IMG/VR virus record: IMGVR_UViG_3300011335_000874
Coordinates: 1 to 62,865 of that record
DNA length: 62,865 nucleotides
Direction: 5' to 3' (one strand)
Origin: a virus
Lineage: Duplodnaviria; Caudoviricetes
This document shows, piece by piece, positions 1 to 7,840 of this stretch; position 1 is the first letter of the stretch, and each line of letters starts with the position of its first letter. The notes under the pieces were generated by a model. The model was not told the DNA's origin and did no database searches. It saw only the letters and a list, made by a program, of their open reading frames with translations. A program made the translations under genes and the position numbers.

Positions 1-141
1 ATGAGTAAAGGGATTCAGAACCGACAAGTTAAGCTCCGTGACCTAAAGAATTATTATGGGCTTAAAGGTCGCACAGCAGCAGATTGCCTACCCCAATTCA
101 TCCAATTGATGGAGCAATTTACAGGCCAGCCAGTTAAATAA
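1..141 (+). CDS. small hypothetical early protein (possibly 5'-truncated)
   Basis: Open frame MSKGIQNRQVKLRDLKNYYGLKGRTAADCL... ending TAA at 139-141, followed by an early promoter/stem-loop. Confidence 0.55.
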   Translation: MSKGIQNRQVKLRDLKNYYGLKGRTAADCLPQFIQLMEQFTGQPVK

Positions 142-145
142 AACG

Positions 146-190
146 GGGCGGGGCACAACCCCGCTCATACATTTACGTCAACCAAAAAAT
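146..190 (+). promoter_or_regulatory. early promoter/stem-loop element, copy 1
   Basis: GGCA(152)-N12-TACATTTA(168) then CGTCAACCAAAAAA; overlaps hairpin GGGCGGGG-CACAA-CCCCGCTC. Confidence 0.7.
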
Positions 191-198
191 TAAAAGTT

Positions 199-387
199 AT
201 GAACATAGAAGATTTAGGATTAACTAGTGAAGATTTTACAGAAATTCTTGTTAAGCATATGCAGAAATATTTACCAGAAGGTAGATGGATTGTTTCATAT
301 GTAGACCATGAAATAGTAGTACAAAATGATTTTAATGAAGTTGCAAGATATAGACTTCATGACTACGGTAAATCATATCTTTCTTAG
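199..387 (+). CDS. small hypothetical early protein
   Basis: ORF directly downstream of the repeated promoter, A-rich leader. Confidence 0.7.
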   Translation: MNIEDLGLTSEDFTEILVKHMQKYLPEGRWIVSYVDHEIVVQNDFNEVARYRLHDYGKSYLS

Positions 388-428
388 GCAAAATTTCTTA
401 TTATATTTACGTCAACCAAAAAATTAAA
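387..428 (+). promoter_or_regulatory. early promoter element, copy 2
   Basis: GGCA(387)-N11-TATATTTA(402) then CGTCAACCAAAAAATTAAAA, same 3' part as copy 1. Confidence 0.7.
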
Positions 429-431
429 ACC

Positions 432-611
432 ATGAACAAAAAATTATTATTATTTAGAATTACAGTTGCAGTATTTATTATTCTTAACTTCATCATTTCA
501 TACAAGTTAGAGACAGCGGCTGATGTGTTTATTATGTTATTCACTTCCCTATTTAGTGTATCTTACATCTTGGCAGAAGCATACCATGCATTTGACGAGG
601 CAGAGCAGTAA
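432..611 (+). CDS. small two-helix membrane protein (59 aa, not in ORF track)
   Basis: MNKKLLLFRITVAVFIILNFIISYKLETAADVFIMLFTSLFSVSYILAEAYHAFDEAEQ*, two hydrophobic stretches, follows promoter copy 2. Confidence 0.7.
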   Translation: MNKKLLLFRITVAVFIILNFIISYKLETAADVFIMLFTSLFSVSYILAEAYHAFDEAEQ

Positions 612-622
612 TTATATATTCA
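591..622 (+). promoter_or_regulatory. early promoter element, copy 3
   Basis: TTTG(591)-N20-TATATTCA(615), GGCA at 599. Confidence 0.6.
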
Positions 623-724
623 CATTAACCAAATAATAACACATGCCACCAATAAGTACATTACCAAGCGTAGGATTAGGACCAATAACCATATCAAGTA
701 AGTAACCATTAAATCAAATAACGT

Positions 725-973
725 ATGTTAACAAAACAATTCAATGAACTACAACGCCAAGCGGATGTAGTGGTAACTAGAGTAAATGTAGCCGATTTAA
801 AACCTGGACACAGTGTATTCGGTAATAAGGGTAACGTGTGGGAAGACACAGCACACATCTACAAGTCCGGTGAGGGTAACTTGTGTGGGACACCAGCTCT
901 AAGTAGTAACTGGGCGCGTATTGAGGGAGTACAGACGATTGGATGTCCACGGTGTTTAGAGCGGTATAAATAA
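725..973 (+). CDS. hypothetical protein, possible Zn-binding
   Basis: H...LCG...CPRC ligand pattern. Confidence 0.65.
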   Translation: MLTKQFNELQRQADVVVTRVNVADLKPGHSVFGNKGNVWEDTAHIYKSGEGNLCGTPALSSNWARIEGVQTIGCPRCLERYK

Positions 974-990
974 GCACACCAACATCAATT

Positions 991-1034
991 AAACGGAGCG
1001 GGGCTGGTCACAGTCTCGTTCCTATATTCACGTC
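991..1034 (+). promoter_or_regulatory. early promoter/stem-loop element, copy 4
   Basis: AAACGGAGCGG, GTCA(1007)-N12-TATATTCA(1023)CGTCA; hairpin GAGCGGGCTG-GTCA-CAGTCTCGTTC. Confidence 0.6.
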
Positions 1035-1051
1035 ATGAAAATAATATAAAC

Positions 1052-1306
1052 ATGAAACAATTAATCGCATTATTAGTCCTAGTAGTAACATTATTTAGCT
1101 GTACAGCCAATGAGCGCGCTCGTAACTTAGGGGGTACTGAGCACGTTACCTTAGATGAAGGTGAACGCCTGGTGAATGTAACCTGGAAACAGGATGACCT
1201 GTGGATCCTAACCAAACAGGATAACACTAAACCGTCCACATACTCGTTTAAGGAAAAATCGAGCTATGGGATAATGGAGGGTGAGATCATAATTACAGAG
1301 CAATAA
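1052..1306 (+). CDS. predicted lipoprotein
   Basis: MKQ, hydrophobic core, lipobox LFSC. Confidence 0.75.
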   Translation: MKQLIALLVLVVTLFSCTANERARNLGGTEHVTLDEGERLVNVTWKQDDLWILTKQDNTKPSTYSFKEKSSYGIMEGEIIITEQ

Positions 1307-1355
1307 AACGGAGCGGAGCACAATACCAATCGTATATTCATGTCAACCAAAAACA
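1306..1355 (+). promoter_or_regulatory. early promoter element, copy 5
   Basis: AAACGGAGCGG, AGCA(1317)-N12-TATATTCA(1333)TGTCAACCAAAAA. Confidence 0.65.
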
Positions 1356-1363
1356 TTAAACGT

Positions 1364-1606
1364 ATGAATACAGAATTAGTAAACCAAGCAGTAGCATTAT
1401 TTATTGAGACGTTACCACTCGAGGGTATGAGTGCTACCCACCCTCAATTCCACCACCTGTACTCTCAGGAGTGTCAATTATACCGTCTAATGCGGTTGAT
1501 GGAGGAAGATGAGATGAGTGAGTACAAACGCCAGATTGCGGATGTGGATTCGGAGGTGGGATTGATATTGATGGGATTGAATGATATGATCGATCCTAAC
1601 GAATGA
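1364..1606 (+). CDS. hypothetical acidic protein
   Basis: Start moved from 1340 (inside the promoter element) to the ATG at 1364. Confidence 0.6.
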   Translation: MNTELVNQAVALFIETLPLEGMSATHPQFHHLYSQECQLYRLMRLMEEDEMSEYKRQIADVDSEVGLILMGLNDMIDPNE

Positions 1607-1640
1607 TGAGCATGGACTCAAACCCCAGCACCAGAATACA

Positions 1641-1878
1641 AGGAGGTGGCCGTAAGGTCGCCTTCTGTCGTCTGTACAAAAGAGAGCGCGCGCGTGTGAG
1701 GGAGGGTGGATCCTCGGGGATCTCTGGATCTTGAGGGTGGTATCGGACCGATAGCGGTTCGTACACGGATCGATCGCGATCTGCTCCCACATTAATTGCG
1801 GTCCATCGATGGGGCGTTGGCGGCGCGAAAAAAGCCCCATGTATTCTCAACACGCAAACACCTCTACACCATCGACAG
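1641..1878 (+). ncRNA. putative structured non-coding RNA (or structured DNA element) of unknown class
   Basis: 71/120 G+C over 1681-1800; several hairpins with G-U pairs and a GUAA tetraloop; long-range pairings 1665-1670/1873-1878 and 1692-1700/1846-1855; no credible ORF. Confidence 0.55.
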
Positions 1879-1974
1879 TATATACGCATATACCCCTCTC
1901 ATAATCTTAAATTCCGACTTAGCCATTTTGTAGTAGCTTTGCGAAATCCCAAAATCTCCTCTTAAACGATCTTT

Positions 1975-2006
1975 TTTGTATAGGCAAAGTATATACGTTA
2001 CATTTA
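1975..2006 (+). promoter_or_regulatory. Bacteroidota-type early promoter
   Basis: TTTG-N20-TACATTTA, GGCA at 1983. Confidence 0.65.
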
Positions 2007-2024
2007 TTATATAACACTAATAAT

Positions 2025-2261
2025 ATGACGCCAAAAGATAAAGCACAATATATATTTGATAAGTTTTGGAATGTAGATAATTTAGGCAGGTTTTCAGATG
2101 AACATGGATATTCATCTTGGTCTACAATTGTATTAAAACAACAAGCAAAAGAATGTGCATTGATTGCAGTTGATGAAGTATTAAGTACTATGGACGAAGA
2201 AGATAATTATGTTATGTACAAATATTGGACAGAAGTAAAACAAAAAATAGAAAAATTATGA
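2025..2261 (+). CDS. small hypothetical protein, paralog family A
   Basis: MTP..KA / CALIAVD / YWxEVKQxIEK motifs shared with the next ORF. Confidence 0.8.
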   Translation: MTPKDKAQYIFDKFWNVDNLGRFSDEHGYSSWSTIVLKQQAKECALIAVDEVLSTMDEEDNYVMYKYWTEVKQKIEKL

Positions 2262-2479
2262 CACCAGCAGAAAAAGCATTTGAATTAGTAACCAAGTACA
2301 GTAGGATACTACCTATGAATCAAACAACGCTATTAGATCGTAAAAATTGTGCTTTAGTAGCAGTTGATGCAATACAAAAATTACCAAATATTCAATACGA
2401 CGCCATTCAATATAATAATAATGATGAATCTCAATACGATTATTGGCAAGAAGTAAAACAAGAAATAGAAAAAATATGA
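2258..2479 (+). CDS. small hypothetical protein, paralog family A
   Basis: Start reassigned to MTPAEKA (ATGA overlap); CALVAVD, YWQEVKQEIEKI. Confidence 0.8.
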   Translation: MTPAEKAFELVTKYSRILPMNQTTLLDRKNCALVAVDAIQKLPNIQYDAIQYNNNDESQYDYWQEVKQEIEKI

Positions 2480-2652
2480 AACTAATAATTAAAACCAGAG
2501 ACATAGAGATAGAATATCAAGACGACTACTCCATGTTAGAAGCACAAGCAAAAGATAGAATAATAGAATTAATAAAGACTATATATTCAGCACAGCCTAC
2601 CTACATACCTACGGGAACAGTAGAAGAAATATTTAACGCAAAAAAGAAATAA
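2476..2652 (+). CDS. small hypothetical protein
   Basis: Start reassigned to MKLIIK (ATGA overlap). Confidence 0.65.
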   Translation: MKLIIKTRDIEIEYQDDYSMLEAQAKDRIIELIKTIYSAQPTYIPTGTVEEIFNAKKK

Positions 2653-2655
2653 TAT

Positions 2656-3021
2656 ATGACAGCAGTAGAATTTTTAATAGAACAATTAATTAAATACGAG
2701 TTAGTACCAAAGGAAACTAATGTTGATAATGTAATATTTCATAGAGCCAAAGAAATAGAAAAGAAAGAAATCATAGATGCTTGGAACAATGGAGATTTTG
2801 GATATTATAGAACAGCAGAACAATACTACAATGAAACATACAAAAACAAAATTAATCTTGTAGAGATACCACGTGAACAACTCGAGAAGGAAAGAAATCC
2901 TAATTACAAATATTTTAATATTAATGAAACAACTTCTCAATTACCAGGTATAAATGTTAATGATGTAAAGCCATCTAATCCACAAATGGTAAAGGAAAAT
3001 TTTAGCACAAAAAATAAATAA
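2656..3021 (+). CDS. hypothetical protein, paralog family B
   Basis: TAV / AxExEKxxIIDA / EQYYxE motifs shared with 3023-3217. Confidence 0.75.
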   Translation: MTAVEFLIEQLIKYELVPKETNVDNVIFHRAKEIEKKEIIDAWNNGDFGYYRTAEQYYNETYKNKINLVEIPREQLEKERNPNYKYFNINETTSQLPGINVNDVKPSNPQMVKENFSTKNK

Positions 3022-3022
3022 T

Positions 3023-3217
3023 ATGCAAACAGCAGTTCAAAAATTAATATCTGAAATAAAAGGATATCCATCAGATTGTGAAATATTTCAAGATGCTATT
3101 GAAATGGAAAAGCAACAGATAATAGATGCTTATGAAAGTAGAATAGGTTATAATTATAATTTTGAATTATCAGGAGAACAATATTATCAAGAAATATTAA
3201 AACAAATAAAAAAATAA
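3023..3217 (+). CDS. hypothetical protein, paralog family B
   Basis: MQTAV, AIEMEKQQIIDAY, GEQYYQE. Confidence 0.75.
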   Translation: MQTAVQKLISEIKGYPSDCEIFQDAIEMEKQQIIDAYESRIGYNYNFELSGEQYYQEILKQIKK

Positions 3218-3218
3218 T

Positions 3219-3356
3219 ATGCAATACAATAATGACATAGGATACAAATATATTATGCTTTTTCTTTGGACCATATTTTTATGGGCATCTATTCTACATA
3301 TACCATGTAGAACAAAAAGATTGAGTTGGATAGAACCACTTGAATGCGCTTATTAA
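3219..3356 (+). CDS. small membrane peptide (45 aa, not in ORF track)
   Basis: MQYNNDIGYKYIMLFLWTIFLWASILHIPC... fills the gap between neighbouring genes. Confidence 0.5.
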   Translation: MQYNNDIGYKYIMLFLWTIFLWASILHIPCRTKRLSWIEPLECAY

Positions 3357-3368
3357 AAACAAAAATAT

Positions 3369-3575
3369 ATGAAACGACACAAACAATACTACTTTGAAGC
3401 AGTAGAAGATAACCCAAAAATACATAGAGTCATTATGGTATGGCGCAAACCCAAAAAACGATTACGCATACGTGAAATCATGTATTGGGCGTGGCAAGTG
3501 CAATCCGATAAACAATATATTAAAAAATATTTTAAAAACGACGAATATGAAGCCCCTGGATTTATTATTGACTAA
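3369..3575 (+). CDS. small basic hypothetical protein
   Basis: ORF in operon context. Confidence 0.6.
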   Translation: MKRHKQYYFEAVEDNPKIHRVIMVWRKPKKRLRIREIMYWAWQVQSDKQYIKKYFKNDEYEAPGFIID

Positions 3576-3738
3576 AGAAGCGTTTGACCAATACGCAACG
3601 CGTTTGCGTGAAGAAAAAGCACGCGAATACGGCATGACACTAGAGCAGTGGGATGCTGCGGTGCGTAGCGGCGCGACAGTTAACCCTATTACGCATATTA
3701 GTAATACCCAGCCATCATCTTCACTTAATAATCAATAA
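3547..3738 (+). CDS. small hypothetical protein
   Basis: Likely start MKPLDLLL (ATG 3547). Confidence 0.6.
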   Translation: MKPLDLLLTKEAFDQYATRLREEKAREYGMTLEQWDAAVRSGATVNPITHISNTQPSSSLNNQ

Positions 3739-3741
3739 TAT

Positions 3742-4218
3742 ATGCAACGCGTAACACCAGATGAATCACACTACTACATTAAACTTAAATCACATCAACA
3801 TCGCAAAGCTGATGCGTTTACTTTGATTAAAGAGGAAGACGGATGGGATACTGTAGTTTACTTAGCCAACGCTGTTTTAGACCCTTCAGGCGCTGTTCGC
3901 GCGCCTGAATACGTGTACGTACTAGTAAATAAGAGTGTACCTAATATGGTTAAAATTGGTATGACTAAATTAACGCCTGATGAACGTGCTCGTCAAATAT
4001 CTGCCGCTACTGGTGTAGCAACACCATGGATTCCTGTATATTCATTCCAATGTTATCGCTCCGATCTATTAGAAGAGGAAATACATAATCATTTTCATTA
4101 CTGTCGTGTCAATACACATCGTGAAATGTTTGCTATTGATTCGCATACTGCGCAAAAAGTAATTGAGGAGTTAGGATATAAGTATTCTACTGCGATGTGG
4201 GATTATGCTGGCAAGTAA
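3742..4218 (+). CDS. GIY-YIG superfamily protein (T5orf172/MUG113-like)
   Basis: YVYVL..VKIGMT...ERARQI...LEEEIH...REMF pattern. Confidence 0.85.
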   Translation: MQRVTPDESHYYIKLKSHQHRKADAFTLIKEEDGWDTVVYLANAVLDPSGAVRAPEYVYVLVNKSVPNMVKIGMTKLTPDERARQISAATGVATPWIPVYSFQCYRSDLLEEEIHNHFHYCRVNTHREMFAIDSHTAQKVIEELGYKYSTAMWDYAGK

Positions 4219-4228
4219 TTATAAATAA

Positions 4229-4277
4229 CCCTCACATATTTATTTATGTGGAGGGCAAAGTTCTGTTCGTATCTTCA
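4229..4277 (+). promoter_or_regulatory. hairpin with a late motif inside and an overlapping early promoter
   Basis: CCCTCACATA/TATGTGGAGGG stem; ATATTTAT at 4236; GGCA(4254)-N12-TATCTTCA(4270). Confidence 0.55.
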
Positions 4278-4319
4278 CGGTGTAAAAAATAATTAAATAA
4301 ACATTTAAAATTTAAAGCC

Positions 4320-4529
4320 ATGAAAAGTTTAAGATTAAAAAGAAATTTATTGATTTTTGGAACTTATGTTCTTGCTGCTATTTGTCAAATGGGTGCTATG
4401 CTTTATACCCACAGTTTTGAGTTTTTTACTTTTATTAGTTTAGTTGTTTTGAATGCTGTTGTAGTTGAGCAAATTAAAACTGATCTTGATGGACGCATAT
4501 ATATAGAGGAAAACTTCTTAAAGAAATAA
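4320..4529 (+). CDS. small membrane protein
   Basis: Two hydrophobic segments. Confidence 0.7.
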   Translation: MKSLRLKRNLLIFGTYVLAAICQMGAMLYTHSFEFFTFISLVVLNAVVVEQIKTDLDGRIYIEENFLKK

Positions 4530-4542
4530 TATATTTATTAAT

Positions 4543-4782
4543 ATGAAGACATATAAAATTAAGTTGGAAGATAAAGCTGCACTTATTAATGCGTTAAAAG
4601 GTATTAATATAGGAATTGATAGTTTTGATATTGTTGATGTATTACCTAAAGGGTATTTTGAAATTACATTTAATAATCCTCAGGATGAAGACACTGCTAA
4701 ATCTATTTTGAATACTCACAAAGGTATAGATCAATTAAAAGAAATGTTACGTCGTCTTATACGCGAAGAACTTAAAAAGTAA
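4543..4782 (+). CDS. hypothetical late protein with C-terminal LRRLIREEL helix motif
   Basis: ATATTTAT at 4531; C-terminal motif shared with other late ORFs. Confidence 0.7.
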   Translation: MKTYKIKLEDKAALINALKGINIGIDSFDIVDVLPKGYFEITFNNPQDEDTAKSILNTHKGIDQLKEMLRRLIREELKK

Positions 4783-4917
4783 ATTTGGTTTTATAAGAAA
4801 TTTCCATTAGCTTCAAAATACACGTTTGAAAAGTGTTTGAAAGGGAAATGGGAAAAATAAAGGAATAAAAAAACGCATAAACATAAAGACGCGTATATTT
4901 ATATATAAACATATATT

Positions 4918-5118
4918 ATGAGATACAAAGACAACGTATTAGACAAATTAAATCAAATAGATATTATTGCTAACCGCATTAACGTTCAAGTAAACAGAGG
5001 TGGAACTCAAGATCAAGTTATTGAATCTATTGAAATGTTAAAGGAAGCAATTGAAAATACTAGATCAATAATTTCTGTTGAATCAGATGATTTTGATCAA
5101 CAATTTAGACCACAATAA
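4918..5118 (+). CDS. hypothetical helical protein
   Basis: ORF after ATATTTAT at 4895. Confidence 0.7.
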   Translation: MRYKDNVLDKLNQIDIIANRINVQVNRGGTQDQVIESIEMLKEAIENTRSIISVESDDFDQQFRPQ

Positions 5119-5124
5119 AAATTT

Positions 5125-5403
5125 ATGCAAACAGTTTTATGGGTTATTTTAGTTCATGTAATTGAAATAGTCGGTATTGCCGGTTATTTAATTATTAGAA
5201 AAAATTCTAAGTTAGAAAAAACATTAGTTGATCAACAACAATATATAGATGCTATTAGTATCATTATTGAGGATTCGGCTAATACTATTCAAGAATTAGA
5301 TAGTCGTGGTGCATTTGCGGCTGATGATGAAGTTGGTACTTTCTTTAGAAATTTAAAGGAAATACAAAACGTTCTAAATCAATTCAATATTCGCAAAAAC
5401 TAA
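5125..5403 (+). CDS. membrane-anchored hypothetical protein
   Basis: N-terminal TM helix then coiled coil. Confidence 0.75.
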   Translation: MQTVLWVILVHVIEIVGIAGYLIIRKNSKLEKTLVDQQQYIDAISIIIEDSANTIQELDSRGAFAADDEVGTFFRNLKEIQNVLNQFNIRKN

Positions 5404-5454
5404 TTTGGTTTCGGTATTTTTTGTTATTATATTAGATATTAAACAATAAATATC

Positions 5455-6234
5455 ATGTCATTATACTACGAAGAAGATAACCTCGATATATTTTTAGAGG
5501 ATACAAAAATTGCACTTAATAAACGAGGACAACCCCGTAAACGCAAACCCAAAGAACCTCGTATTTACTTTACTGAAGATACTGAGAATGCTATTGTTGA
5601 GTACTTAGCATCTACTGATCAGGATTTTCGTAATCGTCTTTATAGGGATCGTATTGAATATGCCTTTTATAAATTGGCTGAAAATATTATCCATACATTT
5701 AAGTTTTACTATACTGATACCAGCACTATTGAGGAATTAAAACATGAAGTTGTAACATTCCTACTTGAGAAACTTCATCTATATGATCAGTCTAAAGGTA
5801 AAGCCTATTCTTATTTTGGTACTATTGCTAAACGTTACCTTATAGTTTATAATAATAACAATTATAAAAAATTACAGGAATACGTAGAGATAGATGAACT
5901 AAATGAGGATAAAAGATTCCTTCATGATACTATTAAGGAACAAGAAAATTATTCTGTTTCGGATAGTTTTATTAATCAATACGTTTTATACATAGATAAA
6001 CATCTTTATCAGTTATTTCCTAAAAAACAAGATGCTCGCACTGCTGATGCTATAATAGAACTATTTCGTAAACGTGAATCGTTAGAACTATTTAATAAAA
6101 AGGCACTCTATATCTATATTAGAGAAATTACAGACACTTCTACCCCTCATATTACCAGAATAACTAAAAAATTAGACACATTACGCACACGGTTATTTAA
6201 TGAATATTATGAGCATGGGTATATAAAAATGTAA
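5455..6234 (+). CDS. RNA polymerase sigma factor for late transcription (T4 gp55-like)
   Basis: YFTEDTE..., FYKLAENI, sigma region-2-like YDQSKGKAYSYFGTIAKR; host-type promoter TTTG-N20-TATATTAG upstream. Confidence 0.75.
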   Translation: MSLYYEEDNLDIFLEDTKIALNKRGQPRKRKPKEPRIYFTEDTENAIVEYLASTDQDFRNRLYRDRIEYAFYKLAENIIHTFKFYYTDTSTIEELKHEVVTFLLEKLHLYDQSKGKAYSYFGTIAKRYLIVYNNNNYKKLQEYVEIDELNEDKRFLHDTIKEQENYSVSDSFINQYVLYIDKHLYQLFPKKQDARTADAIIELFRKRESLELFNKKALYIYIREITDTSTPHITRITKKLDTLRTRLFNEYYEHGYIKM

Positions 6235-6263
6235 AGATATATATTTATTGGTAAACATAATTT

Positions 6264-6659
6264 ATGGCTAACTTTGATGATGTTACCCTATTTGGTAACA
6301 CGTCACTATCCGATATATTTAAGCAAATTCATAGAAATAATAAGGATACTGACAAACAAATTAATGAATTGATTGATGCTCTTAAACCGCTTGCATCATC
6401 CAATGCTGGATCAGCAGTAATGCTTATGCCTACTGTTAAGGATTTAATTGATGTTAACGTAAAAAATAACGAACAATTAATTAAAATGGCTGGTATTGCA
6501 CAACGTGCATCAACAGCTAGTTCAAATAATAACCAAGATTTATTTTTTGATCCATCAGAAATACAACAATTATTAGAGGAACAAAAGGCTGTGCAAGTTG
6601 AAGGTCAAAAACTATTAGATCAAACTGAGCATATCCAGCATAAAATAGAAAATAAATGA
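6264..6659 (+). CDS. hypothetical helical late protein (possibly small terminase-like)
   Basis: Late motif at 6241; helical hairpin pattern; function is a guess. Confidence 0.4.
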   Translation: MANFDDVTLFGNTSLSDIFKQIHRNNKDTDKQINELIDALKPLASSNAGSAVMLMPTVKDLIDVNVKNNEQLIKMAGIAQRASTASSNNNQDLFFDPSEIQQLLEEQKAVQVEGQKLLDQTEHIQHKIENK

Positions 6660-7840
6660 AAATAAAAACTAATCTAAGTGGGATAGTATCTGCTGCTAGT
6701 AGTAATGGAGGCGGTGGTGGTGGAAGTAGACCCCAAATAGGTAAAGTTTTTGGCGTTATAACTACTAAAAATACTCCCAATAAAGCATTATTTGAAAAAT
6801 ATAATGGATGGAATGGGATAGGAACTGTATTTTATTTACCGTATGATCAATCAAAATATTATGAAAATGTAAAGTTAGAAGAATGTCAAGTAGCTACTCC
6901 TTTAGATTCTAACTTTAGAAAATATCCTTTAGTAGGGGAATTAGTCTTTCTAATAGATGGACCCTCCCCTGCTAGTCAAGTAACATCTCAAGCTTTTCAA
7001 AAGTATTATGTCAATATTTTAAATTTATGGAATAATATTCAACAAAATTCACCTTCAGGTGATTCTTTAGGGAAGACATTTATTGAAAGTGTTGATGTAA
7101 AAAATTTAACTCCGTTTGAAGGAGATATTATAATTCAAGGTAGAAAGGGAAGTGGAATAAGGTTTGGCACTACAGTTAAAAATTTTTCTAGTGAAAATGA
7201 ATGGAGTAGTATAGGTAATGATGGTGATCCTATTACTATAATGGTAAACGGGTATGTTACTTCTAATCCCTCTGAGTTAACCCCTAATATTGAAGAAATT
7301 AATAAAGAAAAGTCATCTATTTATATGACTTCAACCCAGAAATTACCTTTAATACCTGGGGCTCTTATAAAAAATCCATTTAATGCTTCTATCGAACCTA
7401 GAAATTATACTAATCCTCAAATTATATTAAATAGTGATAGAATTACTCTTAACTCTAAAAAAGATGAAGTATTAATATTTTCCAAATCAAATATTGAATT
7501 AAGTACAGATAATGTTATTAATTTAAATGCAGGCGAAATAATACATCTTAATATAGATAATAAAAATGCTAATGCTAAAATTTTATTAGGAACAGATAAA
7601 AATGGAGCTGTTCCCTCTGAACCAGTTTTATTAGGAGGAAAAACACATGATTTATTATTAGAAATGCTTAATGCCTTAACAACATTAGCCGGATTTTTAT
7701 CAGCAGTTACTGTACCTACACCAGAAGGGGCTACTCCTATTCCTAATTGTAATTTAGCAGGCGAACAACTATTTAATGATGTCTCAGGATTAATAGATAA
7801 ATTATCATTAATAACCTCAGAAAAAGTATATACCATATAA
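6656..7840 (+). CDS. baseplate hub/central spike protein (gp5/gpV-like)
   Basis: OB-fold-like YPLVGELVF, EGDIIIQGRKGSGIRFG, beta-repeat C-terminus; lies upstream of gp25 and gp6. Confidence 0.6.
   Translation: MKIKTNLSGIVSAASSNGGGGGGSRPQIGKVFGVITTKNTPNKALFEKYNGWNGIGTVFYLPYDQSKYYENVKLEECQVATPLDSNFRKYPLVGELVFLIDGPSPASQVTSQAFQKYYVNILNLWNNIQQNSPSGDSLGKTFIESVDVKNLTPFEGDIIIQGRKGSGIRFGTTVKNFSSENEWSSIGNDGDPITIMVNGYVTSNPSELTPNIEEINKEKSSIYMTSTQKLPLIPGALIKNPFNASIEPRNYTNPQIILNSDRITLNSKKDEVLIFSKSNIELSTDNVINLNAGEIIHLNIDNKNANAKILLGTDKNGAVPSEPVLLGGKTHDLLLEMLNALTTLAGFLSAVTVPTPEGATPIPNCNLAGEQLFNDVSGLIDKLSLITSEKVYTI

Noticed and set aside
143-1355. Early repeats as a CRISPR array
   Set aside because: Repeats are degenerate and separated by whole genes, not 30-40 nt spacers; the Cas4-like exonuclease sits beside primase, as is common in phages
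1487-1889. Minus-strand ORFs 1487-1840 and 1596-1889
   Set aside because: They are against the strand of all real genes, have Arg/Pro-rich composition, and are expected by chance in a GC-rich island with few stops
2225-2475. Similar N-termini MDRSKTKNRK / MARSKTRNRK in the ORF track
   Set aside because: Off-frame readings of the duplicated 3' ends of the upstream paralogs; real starts are at 2258 and 2476
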